A model generated the notes under the pieces. That model did not search any database. It was not told the DNA's origin and worked only from the letters and a program-made list of their open reading frames with translations. A DNA stretch of 59,988 nucleotides, the filler included, from Globobulimina sp. (lineage: Eukaryota), in assembly GCA_003354225.1 (NCBI GenBank). It is 6 parts of 6 records of this genome, joined end to end, with 100 filler letters (N's around TTAATTAATTAA, not from the genome) between each part and the next. Parts side by side here need not be neighbours in the genome. Positions count along the whole stretch, not along the records: positions 40,331 to 50,111 come from PIVH01000034.1; positions 50,212 to 59,988 come from PIVH01000035.1; 4 more parts are not named here. The stretch is one strand, 5' to 3'. Positions 44,140-56,064 of this stretch are shown here, in pieces. The stretch's first letter is position 1; each line of letters opens with the position of its first letter. Position numbers and translations under genes: made by a program.

Positions 44140-45341
44140 ATGAGAAGTACCATGGATGCAAAACACAATCCTTTACTCATAGCGTTAGATAAAAATGGAG
44201 ATGATTCAGCATTACTGGTAAATGGTAGCTACCCTTCGCGACATCCACTAGGTATCATAGATCGGTCTGGTGCTGTTCCGAACAGATCACCACGTTCATC
44301 CTCCCCACATTCGCCTCAATCACCCATGGACCCAAAACAACAAATATCACTGAATATTAATGATAAATCAACTCGTTTAACATTATGGGCAATAATAATT
44401 CTAATCGTGTCCATTGCAGAAATAAATTTCACTCTCTCGATGAGAATATATTACCGGACATATAAACAACAATTTGACTCAAATATCGATCCAAATCCAT
44501 ACCAACGGACCCCATTTTATGATATTTTATCCGTACTTTCCAACTCAATTTTATTTCTTGCGTCAACCATAATGTTATTAGACAGCCATAAATCAATGCT
44601 ATCAAAACTCATAACATCCACAATGTTTCTCATTGCTGCTTTGTTCCATTTATTGCATTGTATATGGGGTATGTTGTACATATTTTATGCACACAAATCC
44701 GTACAATCCGTGCAAATGATGCTGCAAAACACAAACATACCACGTACACAGGAATGCGTTTGTATTGCATTGACGATGCAGACAAACCGAGCATAAACAA
44801 TGATAATGCATTTTGCCGATTAAGTTTTGTGGGCTCTGACTTATATTTACAAGTATTTTTACTATTTTATTGCATGGATATACTGAAATCATATGGCGAT
44901 CATATCCGATGTCGCGTATTTATGCATTCCTTGTTGCTGTGTTGTGTGAGCTTTATCAATGCAGGTAATACGTATCACGATGATGCGGAATTTAAGAAAG
45001 ACGCTGCATTGATATTTGCATCCACTGTGGTTGCATCTGGATATTTGATAATTGCATTGATTTCGACCTTCATCTTTGGTACAATGTGCTTAGTTTGTTG
45101 CAGTTACTGGTTGACAATGAGCGAAACCAATGATGGCTATTCATGTAACTCTTCACCTATCATTCGGAAAACAGTTGGATTTATGTTGTTGTGTGCTATT
45201 GGTTTGGTGCTAACGTCGCCATATATTTATATATTTGTTACTGGCGCTGTTGATGAAATTGGGACGCCAGCAATACATTCATTGTCTTATTATATTCTTG
45301 GTTTGATTTTGTTTGTTTATGACCTGCAATATGTTAAATAA
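44140..45341 (+). CDS. Multi-pass membrane protein of unknown function, split by an apparent frameshift near 44680
   Basis: Overlapping hydrophobic ORFs 44140-44796 and 44658-45341 with no obvious intron. Confidence 0.5.
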
Positions 45342-45470
45342 TGCAGGTCATATAAAAACATTTGTTATCATTCATTTAATTTTAGTTTTGTGTTTTTCTC
45401 ATTTAATTTATCATCAAACTATCATCTCGTTCTTCAAAAATAAAAAAACTGAAAGGCTGGGAACTGAGTG

Positions 45471-48400
45471 ATGGCAGACTCAGGTTTATTTATAGAATTA
45501 TCACCTCAGCCTCCATCTGAATTACAAGTATCAAAATCAGTGATTCAAAGTTCATATACAATAAAACAACTACACGATCTCTTGAATGGATTTATTGAGA
45601 ATCCGGTCATTTCTAATATTAAATGTACAGACAGCTCAAATATCGTCGACGAAAAAACAATATTAGACTGTATTGACGAATGCATTGACTGTATTGATAC
45701 CGCATGGAATGATAAAACTATTTTAAACAAAACAACGAATGATGTTAAAAATTTATTATCTAAAAATGTAAAATTAGCCTACAATGCATCACATTACAAC
45801 GACGGACATGATATCATTTATGATGAACTGCTCGCTATGGCTTTGAAAACAAAAGAAATGAATTTCGTGATCCAAAAACAACAAATGATATATATCCCAG
45901 TTTAGTACTCCATATATCACAAACATATATATGTACAGTCAAGTACTTCAAACATACAATGCGTAGGAAAATTGGCAGGAAGAAAAAGTAGAACAAGTAA
46001 GAAATAATTTAACTTTTAACACTGACTATAAAACAGAGCATGATGCCTCAACTCGTGATATGAGCGAGAATGTATATAACTACATTTTGCGTGATAAAGA
46101 AATGAAAAATCAAACTCAATTATCTCGACATGCCACAATTCTTTCTGATACAACCAAGTTTGATGGTAGATATGTTTCTATTTTTCATTATTTCAGTTTT
46201 GTTTTATTTGCAATGCAGTCCGTGCAGCGATTATAGGCACCGTGAGACGCGCAGTTAAGTTGGGTACCGCCGCCAGCATTGCACTGAGTGATGAAAAGGA
46301 AACGGACATTGAATTAACTGCAGCTAAACCTAAACCGAACTCGTTTGATTCTGCGCACAATGCAGAGATTGTAATATGTGCAGGTTGCCGACAGACATTT
46401 AATAGGAACCACGGCCGATATAAAGAGACGGCGGTTTATGTGCGGGCTGATATAATGCACAATGATGAATGGTTTTGTTTTCATGATCCATACTGTGTCA
46501 CATTGCGAAGGTTGAAGGTAAGTATTCGCAGATATGTGTTGCATGAGACCTTGCAAAGAAATAACGAGAAAGATGCGGTGCGCACAGTGTACAATTATGT
46601 TACTGATTTGTTGCAGAACTATGATTTGTTGATCACTGTGGAAAAACACCATCGATTACCCAAACCATTTGGAAATAAAACAACAGCGCAGATCAAACGA
46701 CAGCTGATTCAATATAATCGAACTCATATCCACCAACTCCGAATGCGATGGGACAAATCCAACAGAGAACGCATCAAATCCTCAGACTTCCCCAAAGCGA
46801 TCAAATTTGCAAACACTATGATTTATGGCACTTCGTTAGCTACGTTTATTATCCATCAGCTATCCGCTAAACAGTCGGATGCATTGTGGCTAATTTTGGC
46901 ATTCATCTTACAAAATATGCAAACTACGACGGCCATTACGATATTGCAAGAGCACAAAGTGACATTGTTGAAGGTGCAGGATGTCAATAACTTGGATTTA
47001 GTGTTGTCGTCGGTGGTGCAATCAGCCACATATACTGTTGCCACTGCTCTCTATTTAAGCGCCTACATCAAAAGCGTTGGCCAGCGGGATGTGTCGCGAT
47101 CAAATCATTGGCAAAAGTTATCAGAGAAATATGTGGGAATTGCCTTGAAATTAGCAAACAGCTTCGAGTCTGACCATTTGTTGTCGTTACTGATGGAATG
47201 TCCCACCGATCTCGGCGGACAATCCATATTTGGCATTTGCATGAAATATGAGATTATAGATTTTCTGGACAATGCGCGGGCACAGCGAGTGTTGGCGCAT
47301 TTGTGGTCGGAATTCGATTTCTTAAATCCACACAAAAACTTCCGTGCCCAAGAAATAGGATTTGTGCAGTTGCTGTCGCGTTTGGTGCACTCTCCGAATA
47401 AGTTCTATTATTGCCCGGTGGGGGGCTATTGGGTGGACGTGGTGCTGTATACGGTGTATGTGTCCATAGTGACTGGCGTGGTCTTTGCGGGCCAGCACGA
47501 TCTGACCATATTGCCGACCGCGTTGGAGTGGAGTATGTGGTTCTGCTCTGTGGGCTATTTAGCGGCCGAGATCTCTGAAATGGTATTTCGTGGCAACAGC
47601 TATTTCCAACAGGTTGGCAATATGATGGACATTTGGATCATTGCCAACTGGGTCGTCATTGCCGTTGTGCGCTTTAACTGTGTGGGTATTGCGCATATCG
47701 ACAGTCATTGCAATGGGAGGGACTCCACCGCCGTGCTGCTGCACATGTTCTTCTTCTGTGTGCAAATTGTCATTCTATGGAGCCGCTTTGCGTTACTCTT
47801 CAAGACCTCGCAAACGGGTTAAGTTTGATGTTGCTATTTTCCATCTAAATTGGTGCCATTTGATGATATATTTAGTTGGGCCGTTTATTGCTATGTTGCC
47901 GGGGATGATGCTGGATATTTGCGTGTGGGCCTTTGTTTTGAGTATCTTTTTTGTGGGATTTGGGTTCGGTGCAAACTTTATCATTGCCGGAGACATTGAG
48001 GCATTGCCGGATTACATCTTTGTGTTTGAATATGTGTTTATTACATTGATGGGGCAGAGTGATTGGACTTATTTGAAGCCGAATCCTCATTTCAGCCCTC
48101 ATCGATCTGTTTTGCTGAAAGTGGTGATGTGGGCATTCGCCGTCATGGGCACTATATTGTTGGTCAATTTGTTGATTGCAATGATGGCTTCGACGTACGA
48201 GCATTTGCGCGAAGACAGAACGAAATTTGTAAACTTCGCGAGAGCTGCACAGATTTATACGTCCGCCTATCGCTATGCAATGATTCCAGCGCCGCTCAAC
48301 TTATTTGTGTTTGTGTTGGCAGTGTTTTGGGCCATTTTGGAAGCAGTGGTATTGCTGTGTTCGTGCCGATATTTGAGTATTAATCTGAGGCGGTTCGATG

Positions 48401-49694
48401 CAGTGAGTGTGGATTTTCATACTGACGCTGGACAAGAAAATGTGAATGCTTTCCCGCCGGGGATAGAAGATCAGGAGAAATGCGAGACACTGTACCGGGC
48501 TCTTTGCCGTATTATTTCAGTTTGTTTCGGAATTATAGATTGGATTCGAGAGATAAAAAGTATTTGATTGCATTGGTTAAACCGAATGGAGTGTGTCCTG
48601 AGTGCTTTCGGCCTTATTTGAAATGGAATAATCAGTACGAAGATGAGAGCATTTATTCCACGGATCGCTTGTATCGAAGGATTGTTGTATTGGAAATGAT
48701 ATCATTTTGGGTGTTTATGGCTGTTATGTACATTCCATTAATTATTATGTTTTCTGTTCTCGCATTATTTGTGAAAATGTTTGAAAGGTTCAGTACAATT
48801 CGCGCTGTCAAGGTCTCTGAAAATAAGAAAACTCTGCTTATTCGAGATGATAAATATACGCGTTCTGCAGAAGGTATTGTTGCGGAGGAAAGTACTGAGC
48901 TGCAACAAGTACAGCAAACATTAAATGCGCTGAATGCAAAAATGGAGAAGAAATTTAAGGTACACTTTGGTATTGAATTACATTTTCAGCTTTTATATAG
49001 CAACAAAACAACGCAATCTATAAAACCTGAAAAGTAAGCAATGCTGGAATTAACGCAAGGAATTGAAGGAAATCGATGATAAATTGTCTGTTGGCGGCCA
49101 TGCCATAGTTTTAAAGCTAGAATGAATAAAATGGCAACAACAAAAATGTTGGTGGTTGAAAACAAATCGATGAATATGGATGATGAGGATTTCATGGTTG
49201 CATTGGAACTATTGGAAGATGTCCAGGAAGAAGAAAAAAGTGGAGACAGTGGCATAAAAATGAAATTATTTGAAGCTGAGTTGGAAGAGTTGATGATAAA
49301 TAAACAAATCCGAGATAGAAAGAGGGAAAATATGAGTTTGCTGCAACAAAAATATGAATCTCAAGAAAATAAAATTAAGTTTAAAATGCAAATGATGTTA
49401 AACAACAATAAAGGCAAAGAGGTGGACAATAATGTTTTTAGTAAATTGCAGGAAACATTGAATTTAATCGACACAAAAAAACACAAATTAAAGGAGGAAA
49501 TGGAGAAAAAAGAGAGAAGATTAAAGTTTGAGGAAACTCAATATGATGAATCTGTAAATGATATTACAAATAAATTGGAAAAACTAAGGAATAATAATCA
49601 AGAGGAAAATAGTAAAATAATTGAAAATGAATTAATTGCGGATATATTACAAAATATACAAGATGATGATGAAAGCATTCCTTTTGATTTGTAA
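45471..49694 (+). CDS. TRP-family (TRPC/TRPM-like) cation channel, multi-exon, with one apparent frameshift near 48430-48480
   Basis: Six-TM core, pore FITLMGQ, S6 ILLVNLLIAMMASTY and TRP-box-like NFARA...IPAPLNL. Intron 47818-47875; C-terminal coiled coil. Terminal exon assignments are tentative. Confidence 0.75.
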
Positions 49695-49766
49695 ATTGTA
49701 ATTTTTGTTTATTGGATTGTTCTTTTATCGTAAAAAAGTGTCCTTTGATTTTAACAACATTCCCGA

Positions 49767-49905
49767 ACCGTTATTAGGTATAATATCGTTCAGAAACGGT
49801 CCAAATATCTGACCATTTAAAAAAAACAATTCACCGTTATTAGGTACGTTAAACTCCGATTTTGTTCAGGAACGCGGTCCAAATATATAACCATTAAAAA
49901 AACAA
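49767..49905. repeat. Imperfect tandem duplication (~66-73-bp unit, 2 copies)
   Basis: ACCGTTATTAGGTA...GTTCAG...CGGTCCAAATAT...ACCATT...AAAAAAACAA occurs twice. Confidence 0.7.
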
Positions 49906-50111
49906 CGATGTATAATTAATTATATTTGACAACAAAACAAAACAAAACAAAAATTATTAGTTAGCAGTATCTTGAATATTTGGAGCAAGAACGGCATGAA
50001 TACCTCCTTCAATTTGTGAATATTGATGAATTTGCTGATTTTCCTTTTTCTGTTTATATTTTTGAATGAAAATAAGGATTCTTTTGCGATGTCCTTTTTT
50101 GTGGATGGCCA

Positions 50112-50211
50112 NNNNNNNNNNNNNNNNNNNNNNNNNNNNNNNNNNNNNNNNNNNNTTAATTAATTAANNNNNNNNNNNNNNNNNNNNNNNNNNNNNNNNN
50201 NNNNNNNNNNN
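50112..50211. other. Artificial contig linker
   Basis: N44-TTAATTAATTAA-N44. Confidence 0.99.
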
Positions 50212-50376
50212 CTGGTATTATTATATCTTCTATTGAAGAGGCAAGAACTTATGCCGTTAATTGTGAACAGCTGATAGGAAGTGATGAGTACATAGATCGT
50301 CTTATCAGCGACGCGAGGAGGTTGTCTCCGCTCCCAGCGCTCTAACCTGTTTTAACGTGTGTGTGTTATATTTATC

Positions 50377-53300
50377 ATGCCCGCTGTGGCCAAGGACAAA
50401 AATGTAAAAACTGTACATAATATTTCTGTTGTAAATAATACTAATATTTTATCGACTACTAACAACGTAAATGTGCCAAATGTATTTTTAATTGACCATG
50501 TTTTATCTACTAATGAAGGTACAAATGAAGGTATAAATGAATCCTGCAAATTTTGTGCAAACCTTAGAAAATGTGTAAAATGCAGGAAAGATGAACGACT
50601 ATTGAAGCAGAAAATGGAGAAAGAAGCGAAGGCGAAACAAAAGGAGTTGGAGAAAGAAAAACTAGAGAAAAAATTTGTGGCAAAAAGAATACAGCCGGCA
50701 AGAGAAGCCAAAACGAGAACAAAACAAGAAAACAAAATAAACTTGAATCCACAGGATTTCTTGGATACTCCAATAACAAAAAGGTATTCTAAAGTGGATA
50801 AAAAACGTGAATCACACGAAGCTAGGTGTGATGGCGATAAAAATCCACATATTGATCATAAATTAAATATAATTGTACATACAACAGGAGAACCCAAAAT
50901 GAGTACAAATAATCCAAAGTTACAGGATATTTCAGATACCATAAAATCGGAAAGTTACTCAAAAGTGGACAATGATCGTGAATCGCACCAAATCAGGTGT
51001 GATGACGACTTAAAACCACAAATTGAGAGTGAACAAAATATACTTGAAATACCAATAATAAAAATTCAAAGTCTAAGAGAACAAATGATTAATATGGAAT
51101 TTACTGCTATGTACCAGAATACTTATACGCCTAAAAAATTAGACATTCAATACATAAATGATGAGCAGAACATAGAACTAAAGGCGAATATAGAAAAAAT
51201 TGAAAAAATAGAAATTATATCGTCGCCATTGGAATTGGTAAATGATTATAAACACAAGGATATAGGTACATACGATATAGTAACTAGATGTGAAAAACTA
51301 ATGGAGAAAAATCAGTCACTAAAAGCTAAATGGAATGCTAATATAGCTGATACAAAGCAAATACAAGCTGGAAGTACATACGATTATACGGGGGAGTATA
51401 TATCAGGTACAGCCGATAATGAGGATAAATCTGAACAAAAGGCAGAGCTAAATGATGATAAATCAATCTTCCTTGGTTACTCTGAAATAAGTTGTGAACA
51501 AACTACTGATATTAATAGAACTGTAGATACAGTGGCAAATAATATGAGTACATACAGTACAGTACCTAAGAAAGAAATCAAACATAAGCGCCATTTAAAT
51601 AAATTGACGCTAATTGTGGGGAATAGACGATACCAGAAAAAATACAATAAACACAGATTCTCTAAATATAAACGTACAATCCCTTATAATAAATTATATA
51701 TGGATGTAATAGATCACATGCGACATAAAACTAATACAAAAATATGTGAAAATGTTAATAAAAGTGTACACAAAGACCTAGATATGTCCCAAAATACCGG
51801 GCGCGTTTTAGACGGCGCAGGAAAAGGGACACCATCTATAGCAATTAAACGCGACCAAATGAACATTTTCTCAGTTCACACCACACAGAATTGCAATTTA
51901 TACAGTAATCTAGAGAGTGATATTACGGTAACAAATGCAAAACAGCTTAATGTGAACACGGAAAATAAAAATGAAAAAATAGAATTTTCGAGAACATTTC
52001 GAAACGAAAACGATCGAAAGGAAGAGGAAGAAATAATATTCGAAAGAAATTTGACGGAATTTATTGGAAAAGTGATAGAACGAGACCAAAATTATTCAAA
52101 ATTGGGAAGAATAAAGGACATAAATCAGGGGAAAAAAGGAAAGAACGACGGAACAAAAGTAAGTTATATACATTTTATTGCGGTAATATTGAAAGATATC
52201 GTATCATCAGTACAAGGTATTATGAGCTATATCGATCCAGTAAAAAATAGCATTAAAACTAAAAAATCGAAAGGTAAATCGACGCAATCTTCAGCGAAGA
52301 AACCTAAAAATAAATCGAATATTATATTACGTTTTGAAGCGGAGGCGAAGGATAACAAGAATTCACTTGAATCCTCACCCCCTTCGACATCAATTGATAA
52401 TAAACATATGCTTGAAATGTTAAGTAATACGAATTATGACGAACAAAATGATAATAGTAAATTAAATGACGACAACGATGAAATAAATGAAATCATAAAT
52501 AATCGAAGAATACTTTCAGGTATGGACAAGAAAGAAGAAGGAAAAGGAGAAACAACGGAAAAACAAAAAATTGAAAAGGAGGCCAATAGCTCAGAACTCA
52601 CTGATGCTATGACCGTCCTTTCAACTGAGAATAACGAAACTTTAACTAAAATGGACTCACAAACGACAAGTACAAATAGAACAGAAACAAGTACAGATAA
52701 TACAGATGACGTATCAGAATATACTGGTTACGCAGCTGCACGGTATAATCCTGAAAATCCAACACACTATTTAGCTCATGTAGATAAATATAAGTACCCT
52801 AAAGCATTAGCTACATTTATAAATGATATATATGACAATAATGACCATCAGATAGATACAGGTAGTATACCCTTGACATTGTCAATCGATACACCTCCTA
52901 TGATGGAAAGTGATATGAGTACAGAAGAGGCAAAATTATTGGAGGTACGAAAATTCTATATATTTCAAATGACCACATTTATGGGATATGAATCCGATGA
53001 AGGACCAAAAAATAGAACGAAGAATATGGAAATTATACAAATTTTACGACGATATATAGATGAATGCATAGAAAAACCGGATACAAAAGTAGCAGGTTCA
53101 CAAATTGGAGCTATAATGGAAAGAATCGAAGAATCACAATTTGTTGGTTTAACAAGATCGATAGATACAATGGAAAATATATTACATATGAATAAAGAAC
53201 ACGTGACTTTTCTCTTGACTACGAATCAATGGATTTTTAGCTTGAGTAAAACTTTGCGTGATAACACTTCAATTATAACAAATCTAAATACTGAAGTTAA

Positions 53301-56064
53301 GAATGCAAACGAACGAACGAAAAATTTGGAATCATATTTTAAACAAAATATGGCTCAAATGTATAACCATTTCAATGAATTGAAAGTGTCGACGGAGGCG
53401 GTACAAAGAGAAAATGTAGAACTTAAAGCACAACTGGGAAATATACAAAAATTAGTAGAGAATATGAACAAAGATATGACAACAGCACAAATATTGCAAG
53501 AGACACCAAAAGAAGAGGAAATGGAACAACCAAGAAATGTAAAAGATATTCTAATTGGAGGAGACATCAACTGTCCATTCCACTGGGATTTCAATACAGG
53601 TATTAGACTTATTACAAAAATTGACGACGAATCAGAAGAAATCATTATGACATATTATAGTTTTTCACATTATTTAATGACTCAAATCGCCATTAGGTGT
53701 TTGGACATAATAATGGTTAAACAACTACAAAATATTAAGAACAAAGCTTGTTTTGATTATATCTTAGCACAATGTCCAATTGAGAAATATATTGAAAATA
53801 TTAAATTATTCACAAACGAGTGGATAGCTGAACAATATTTCAATTATATCAAAGGTTGGACAAGTAAAAGTATCCCTATGGCAGCACTTTGTGGTAAAAT
53901 AGGTTCGGAACAATATAATCCTAAATTCCTGATGACCAATAAATTAGGCATCGGTTATACGGCAAGACAGAAAAATATATATACGGTACATGTTGAAAAG
54001 GACGGAACTGACGAGAATTTACTCGGAGCAGTCATCCAGCATATTGCAAATCAATTTAAAGATAAATATGAGACAGCTGATATTGAAACAAAAAAATATG
54101 CAGATTTTGAATTTAAGGAATCAATGAAATATTGGTCCGTAATGTGCTTAGAGAACGATCAACTCAGATCGATCCGAAATGAAGCAATTTTATGGACAAT
54201 ATGGGATAAAAAATCGAGAATAAACGGAGATATTATGAAATTACGGTTAGAACGATTTACATTTGCAAACACACAGCATGAACCCGGATTTAATCTGGCA
54301 AATGCACCTTGGACAACTCATTTGAATAAAACGGAACTAAACTCGGCTAAACTAATAGCTAAGGATATGTTCCCTGATATGAAACAAGATTATATGACAG
54401 AATTACAAAAACAAATACAAATTATTGTGAACAAAAAAGTGGCTGATACTGAAGCAAGTTATTCTTCAATAGAGCCATCGAACATATTTGATATATTTTC
54501 AACTGAAAAAACGAATGAAGCACAAAAAAATGAACAACAACCACATCCACAGCCCTCACCGGGATGGACCCCGTCACGACAAATACCAACGCCACAACAA
54601 AGAATAATCCCAGATGTACAACCTGTGCCATTTGCCCCATATCAATTTAATTTGCCTACGGTACAACAACAACAACAAATGCAAACCCAACAACAACAAT
54701 CACAACCACAAATAGATCCATCCGAACAATTCAGATTACCATCACAACCAGAACCATATGAACAAAGAGAGCATAGAGGAAGAATGAGAGGAAGAGGAAG
54801 ACAATATAGAAGTGGAATGGGAAGAGGTACATATACTGGTAGGGGGGAACAAGAATTTACCAGTTCTGACTCAAGATCTGAATCTCGTGATCCGCCCTAC
54901 CCCAATATCAAAAATGTGGACAGATCTTATCCATGGTCTGCAGCACATTACATGGGAATAAATGTACCTGGAAAAAGAGAAGCTGTCAGTCCCGCTTCCT
55001 TTGTTGATCCAAAGAAACAAAAACCTATGTCAACAACTGATATTATAAATGAAGTCAGGCATAGATTACCATCCATACCTTACTCATTGAAGTTTGTAGA
55101 AAAGAAAATTGGAGCTGGAGTGGTGTTGGATTTAGCAGCCCACCCAGAACATAACAAAGATATTCATGCTGATAGATGTACAAAAATTATGGGAGATGAC
55201 ACAAGATTTAAAGGAATTCCTTTACCCTTGGCAAGTATAACGGAAAGAAGAGGTTTAAATGAATTCGGGGTTACTGTAGACCCAAAATCGACAATTAAAG
55301 TCCCCAGATTTCTGAAAATCTCAGTAATCGGGGACTCTACAGTAATTGGATTAGAAGAATACTTAAATATGACAATAAATGAATTTGAACCACGAAAATG
55401 GATCAATGGGTACACCGGATCAAAAACATCAAGCAACGCGCTGATGAGTTTACGACTAAGAGAAATGGAATCTCTCATCCCAGGATTCGTCACGGGAGAT
55501 GAAGATGTAATTATAATTAAAGGAGTACTAGATACAGCTGATATCATAAACAATCAAATGAAAGCTAGAGTTACTGATGACTGGAAACATTATTGCGCTG
55601 ATGTGGTACAACAAATTACAAATATAGCACTAAATATACAAAGCATTAACTCAAATGCTTTGATATTGGTGAGTATAACACAACCGATACTTTCAAATAC
55701 ACCATATATGTATGATTCTGAGGATATCGGATTTTTGAGACTTATACACAAAATTGAGGATTATTTTTGGTATTTGTTATATAATATGGCAATAACGAAT
55801 AAATTAGCATTACGTATGATACATTTGGCAGCAGCCATTACAGAAGAAGCTACAAAATTAAAAGACACAGTTGAATTAGAATTAAAGGGTGCAGGAAATA
55901 CAGATGTAAACATCTCTATAAATGACACTTTATTAAAATTCATATACGGTATAAAATTGAAAAATAATGGCAAAAAAGTACTAGCTAATGAGATAGTACG
56001 AGAAACAATAATTGGTTGGTTACGAGGACAAGCAGAAGGAATTTTGAAGAACAAGGGAAACTAA
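50377..56064 (+). CDS. Retrotransposon 3 ORF1 (~1895 aa): low-complexity regions, coiled coil, Q/P- and RG-rich tracts, C-terminal SGNH/GDSL-like domain
   Basis: ISVIGDS, GYTGSK, DVIIIKGVLD and GIKL..NG..VLA..I follow the SGNH block order. Confidence 0.8.
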   Translation: MPAVAKDKNVKTVHNISVVNNTNILSTTNNVNVPNVFLIDHVLSTNEGTNEGINESCKFCANLRKCVKCRKDERLLKQKMEKEAKAKQKELEKEKLEKKFVAKRIQPAREAKTRTKQENKINLNPQDFLDTPITKRYSKVDKKRESHEARCDGDKNPHIDHKLNIIVHTTGEPKMSTNNPKLQDISDTIKSESYSKVDNDRESHQIRCDDDLKPQIESEQNILEIPIIKIQSLREQMINMEFTAMYQNTYTPKKLDIQYINDEQNIELKANIEKIEKIEIISSPLELVNDYKHKDIGTYDIVTRCEKLMEKNQSLKAKWNANIADTKQIQAGSTYDYTGEYISGTADNEDKSEQKAELNDDKSIFLGYSEISCEQTTDINRTVDTVANNMSTYSTVPKKEIKHKRHLNKLTLIVGNRRYQKKYNKHRFSKYKRTIPYNKLYMDVIDHMRHKTNTKICENVNKSVHKDLDMSQNTGRVLDGAGKGTPSIAIKRDQMNIFSVHTTQNCNLYSNLESDITVTNAKQLNVNTENKNEKIEFSRTFRNENDRKEEEEIIFERNLTEFIGKVIERDQNYSKLGRIKDINQGKKGKNDGTKVSYIHFIAVILKDIVSSVQGIMSYIDPVKNSIKTKKSKGKSTQSSAKKPKNKSNIILRFEAEAKDNKNSLESSPPSTSIDNKHMLEMLSNTNYDEQNDNSKLNDDNDEINEIINNRRILSGMDKKEEGKGETTEKQKIEKEANSSELTDAMTVLSTENNETLTKMDSQTTSTNRTETSTDNTDDVSEYTGYAAARYNPENPTHYLAHVDKYKYPKALATFINDIYDNNDHQIDTGSIPLTLSIDTPPMMESDMSTEEAKLLEVRKFYIFQMTTFMGYESDEGPKNRTKNMEIIQILRRYIDECIEKPDTKVAGSQIGAIMERIEESQFVGLTRSIDTMENILHMNKEHVTFLLTTNQWIFSLSKTLRDNTSIITNLNTEVKNANERTKNLESYFKQNMAQMYNHFNELKVSTEAVQRENVELKAQLGNIQKLVENMNKDMTTAQILQETPKEEEMEQPRNVKDILIGGDINCPFHWDFNTGIRLITKIDDESEEIIMTYYSFSHYLMTQIAIRCLDIIMVKQLQNIKNKACFDYILAQCPIEKYIENIKLFTNEWIAEQYFNYIKGWTSKSIPMAALCGKIGSEQYNPKFLMTNKLGIGYTARQKNIYTVHVEKDGTDENLLGAVIQHIANQFKDKYETADIETKKYADFEFKESMKYWSVMCLENDQLRSIRNEAILWTIWDKKSRINGDIMKLRLERFTFANTQHEPGFNLANAPWTTHLNKTELNSAKLIAKDMFPDMKQDYMTELQKQIQIIVNKKVADTEASYSSIEPSNIFDIFSTEKTNEAQKNEQQPHPQPSPGWTPSRQIPTPQQRIIPDVQPVPFAPYQFNLPTVQQQQQMQTQQQQSQPQIDPSEQFRLPSQPEPYEQREHRGRMRGRGRQYRSGMGRGTYTGRGEQEFTSSDSRSESRDPPYPNIKNVDRSYPWSAAHYMGINVPGKREAVSPASFVDPKKQKPMSTTDIINEVRHRLPSIPYSLKFVEKKIGAGVVLDLAAHPEHNKDIHADRCTKIMGDDTRFKGIPLPLASITERRGLNEFGVTVDPKSTIKVPRFLKISVIGDSTVIGLEEYLNMTINEFEPRKWINGYTGSKTSSNALMSLRLREMESLIPGFVTGDEDVIIIKGVLDTADIINNQMKARVTDDWKHYCADVVQQITNIALNIQSINSNALILVSITQPILSNTPYMYDSEDIGFLRLIHKIEDYFWYLLYNMAITNKLALRMIHLAAAITEEATKLKDTVELELKGAGNTDVNISINDTLLKFIYGIKLKNNGKKVLANEIVRETIIGWLRGQAEGILKNKGN
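56055..56061 (+). promoter_or_regulatory. Putative -1 ribosomal frameshift slippery heptamer G_GGA_AAC
   Basis: X_XXY_YYZ in ORF1 phase, immediately before the ORF1 TAA. ORF2 is in the -1 frame and is open from 55992. Confidence 0.75.

Noticed and set aside
10125-50211. Regularly spaced TTAATTAATTAA palindromes as a biological repeat array
   Set aside because: Each is centred in exactly 44+44 Ns; these are assembly linkers. ORFs running into them (20308, 27652, 40008, 40279) have artificial ends.
51802-55896. RVLDGAG and LELKGAG as LxGG-like protease cleavage sites in element 3 ORF1
   Set aside because: No protease is recognisable, the motif is short, and the second site falls inside the esterase-like domain.
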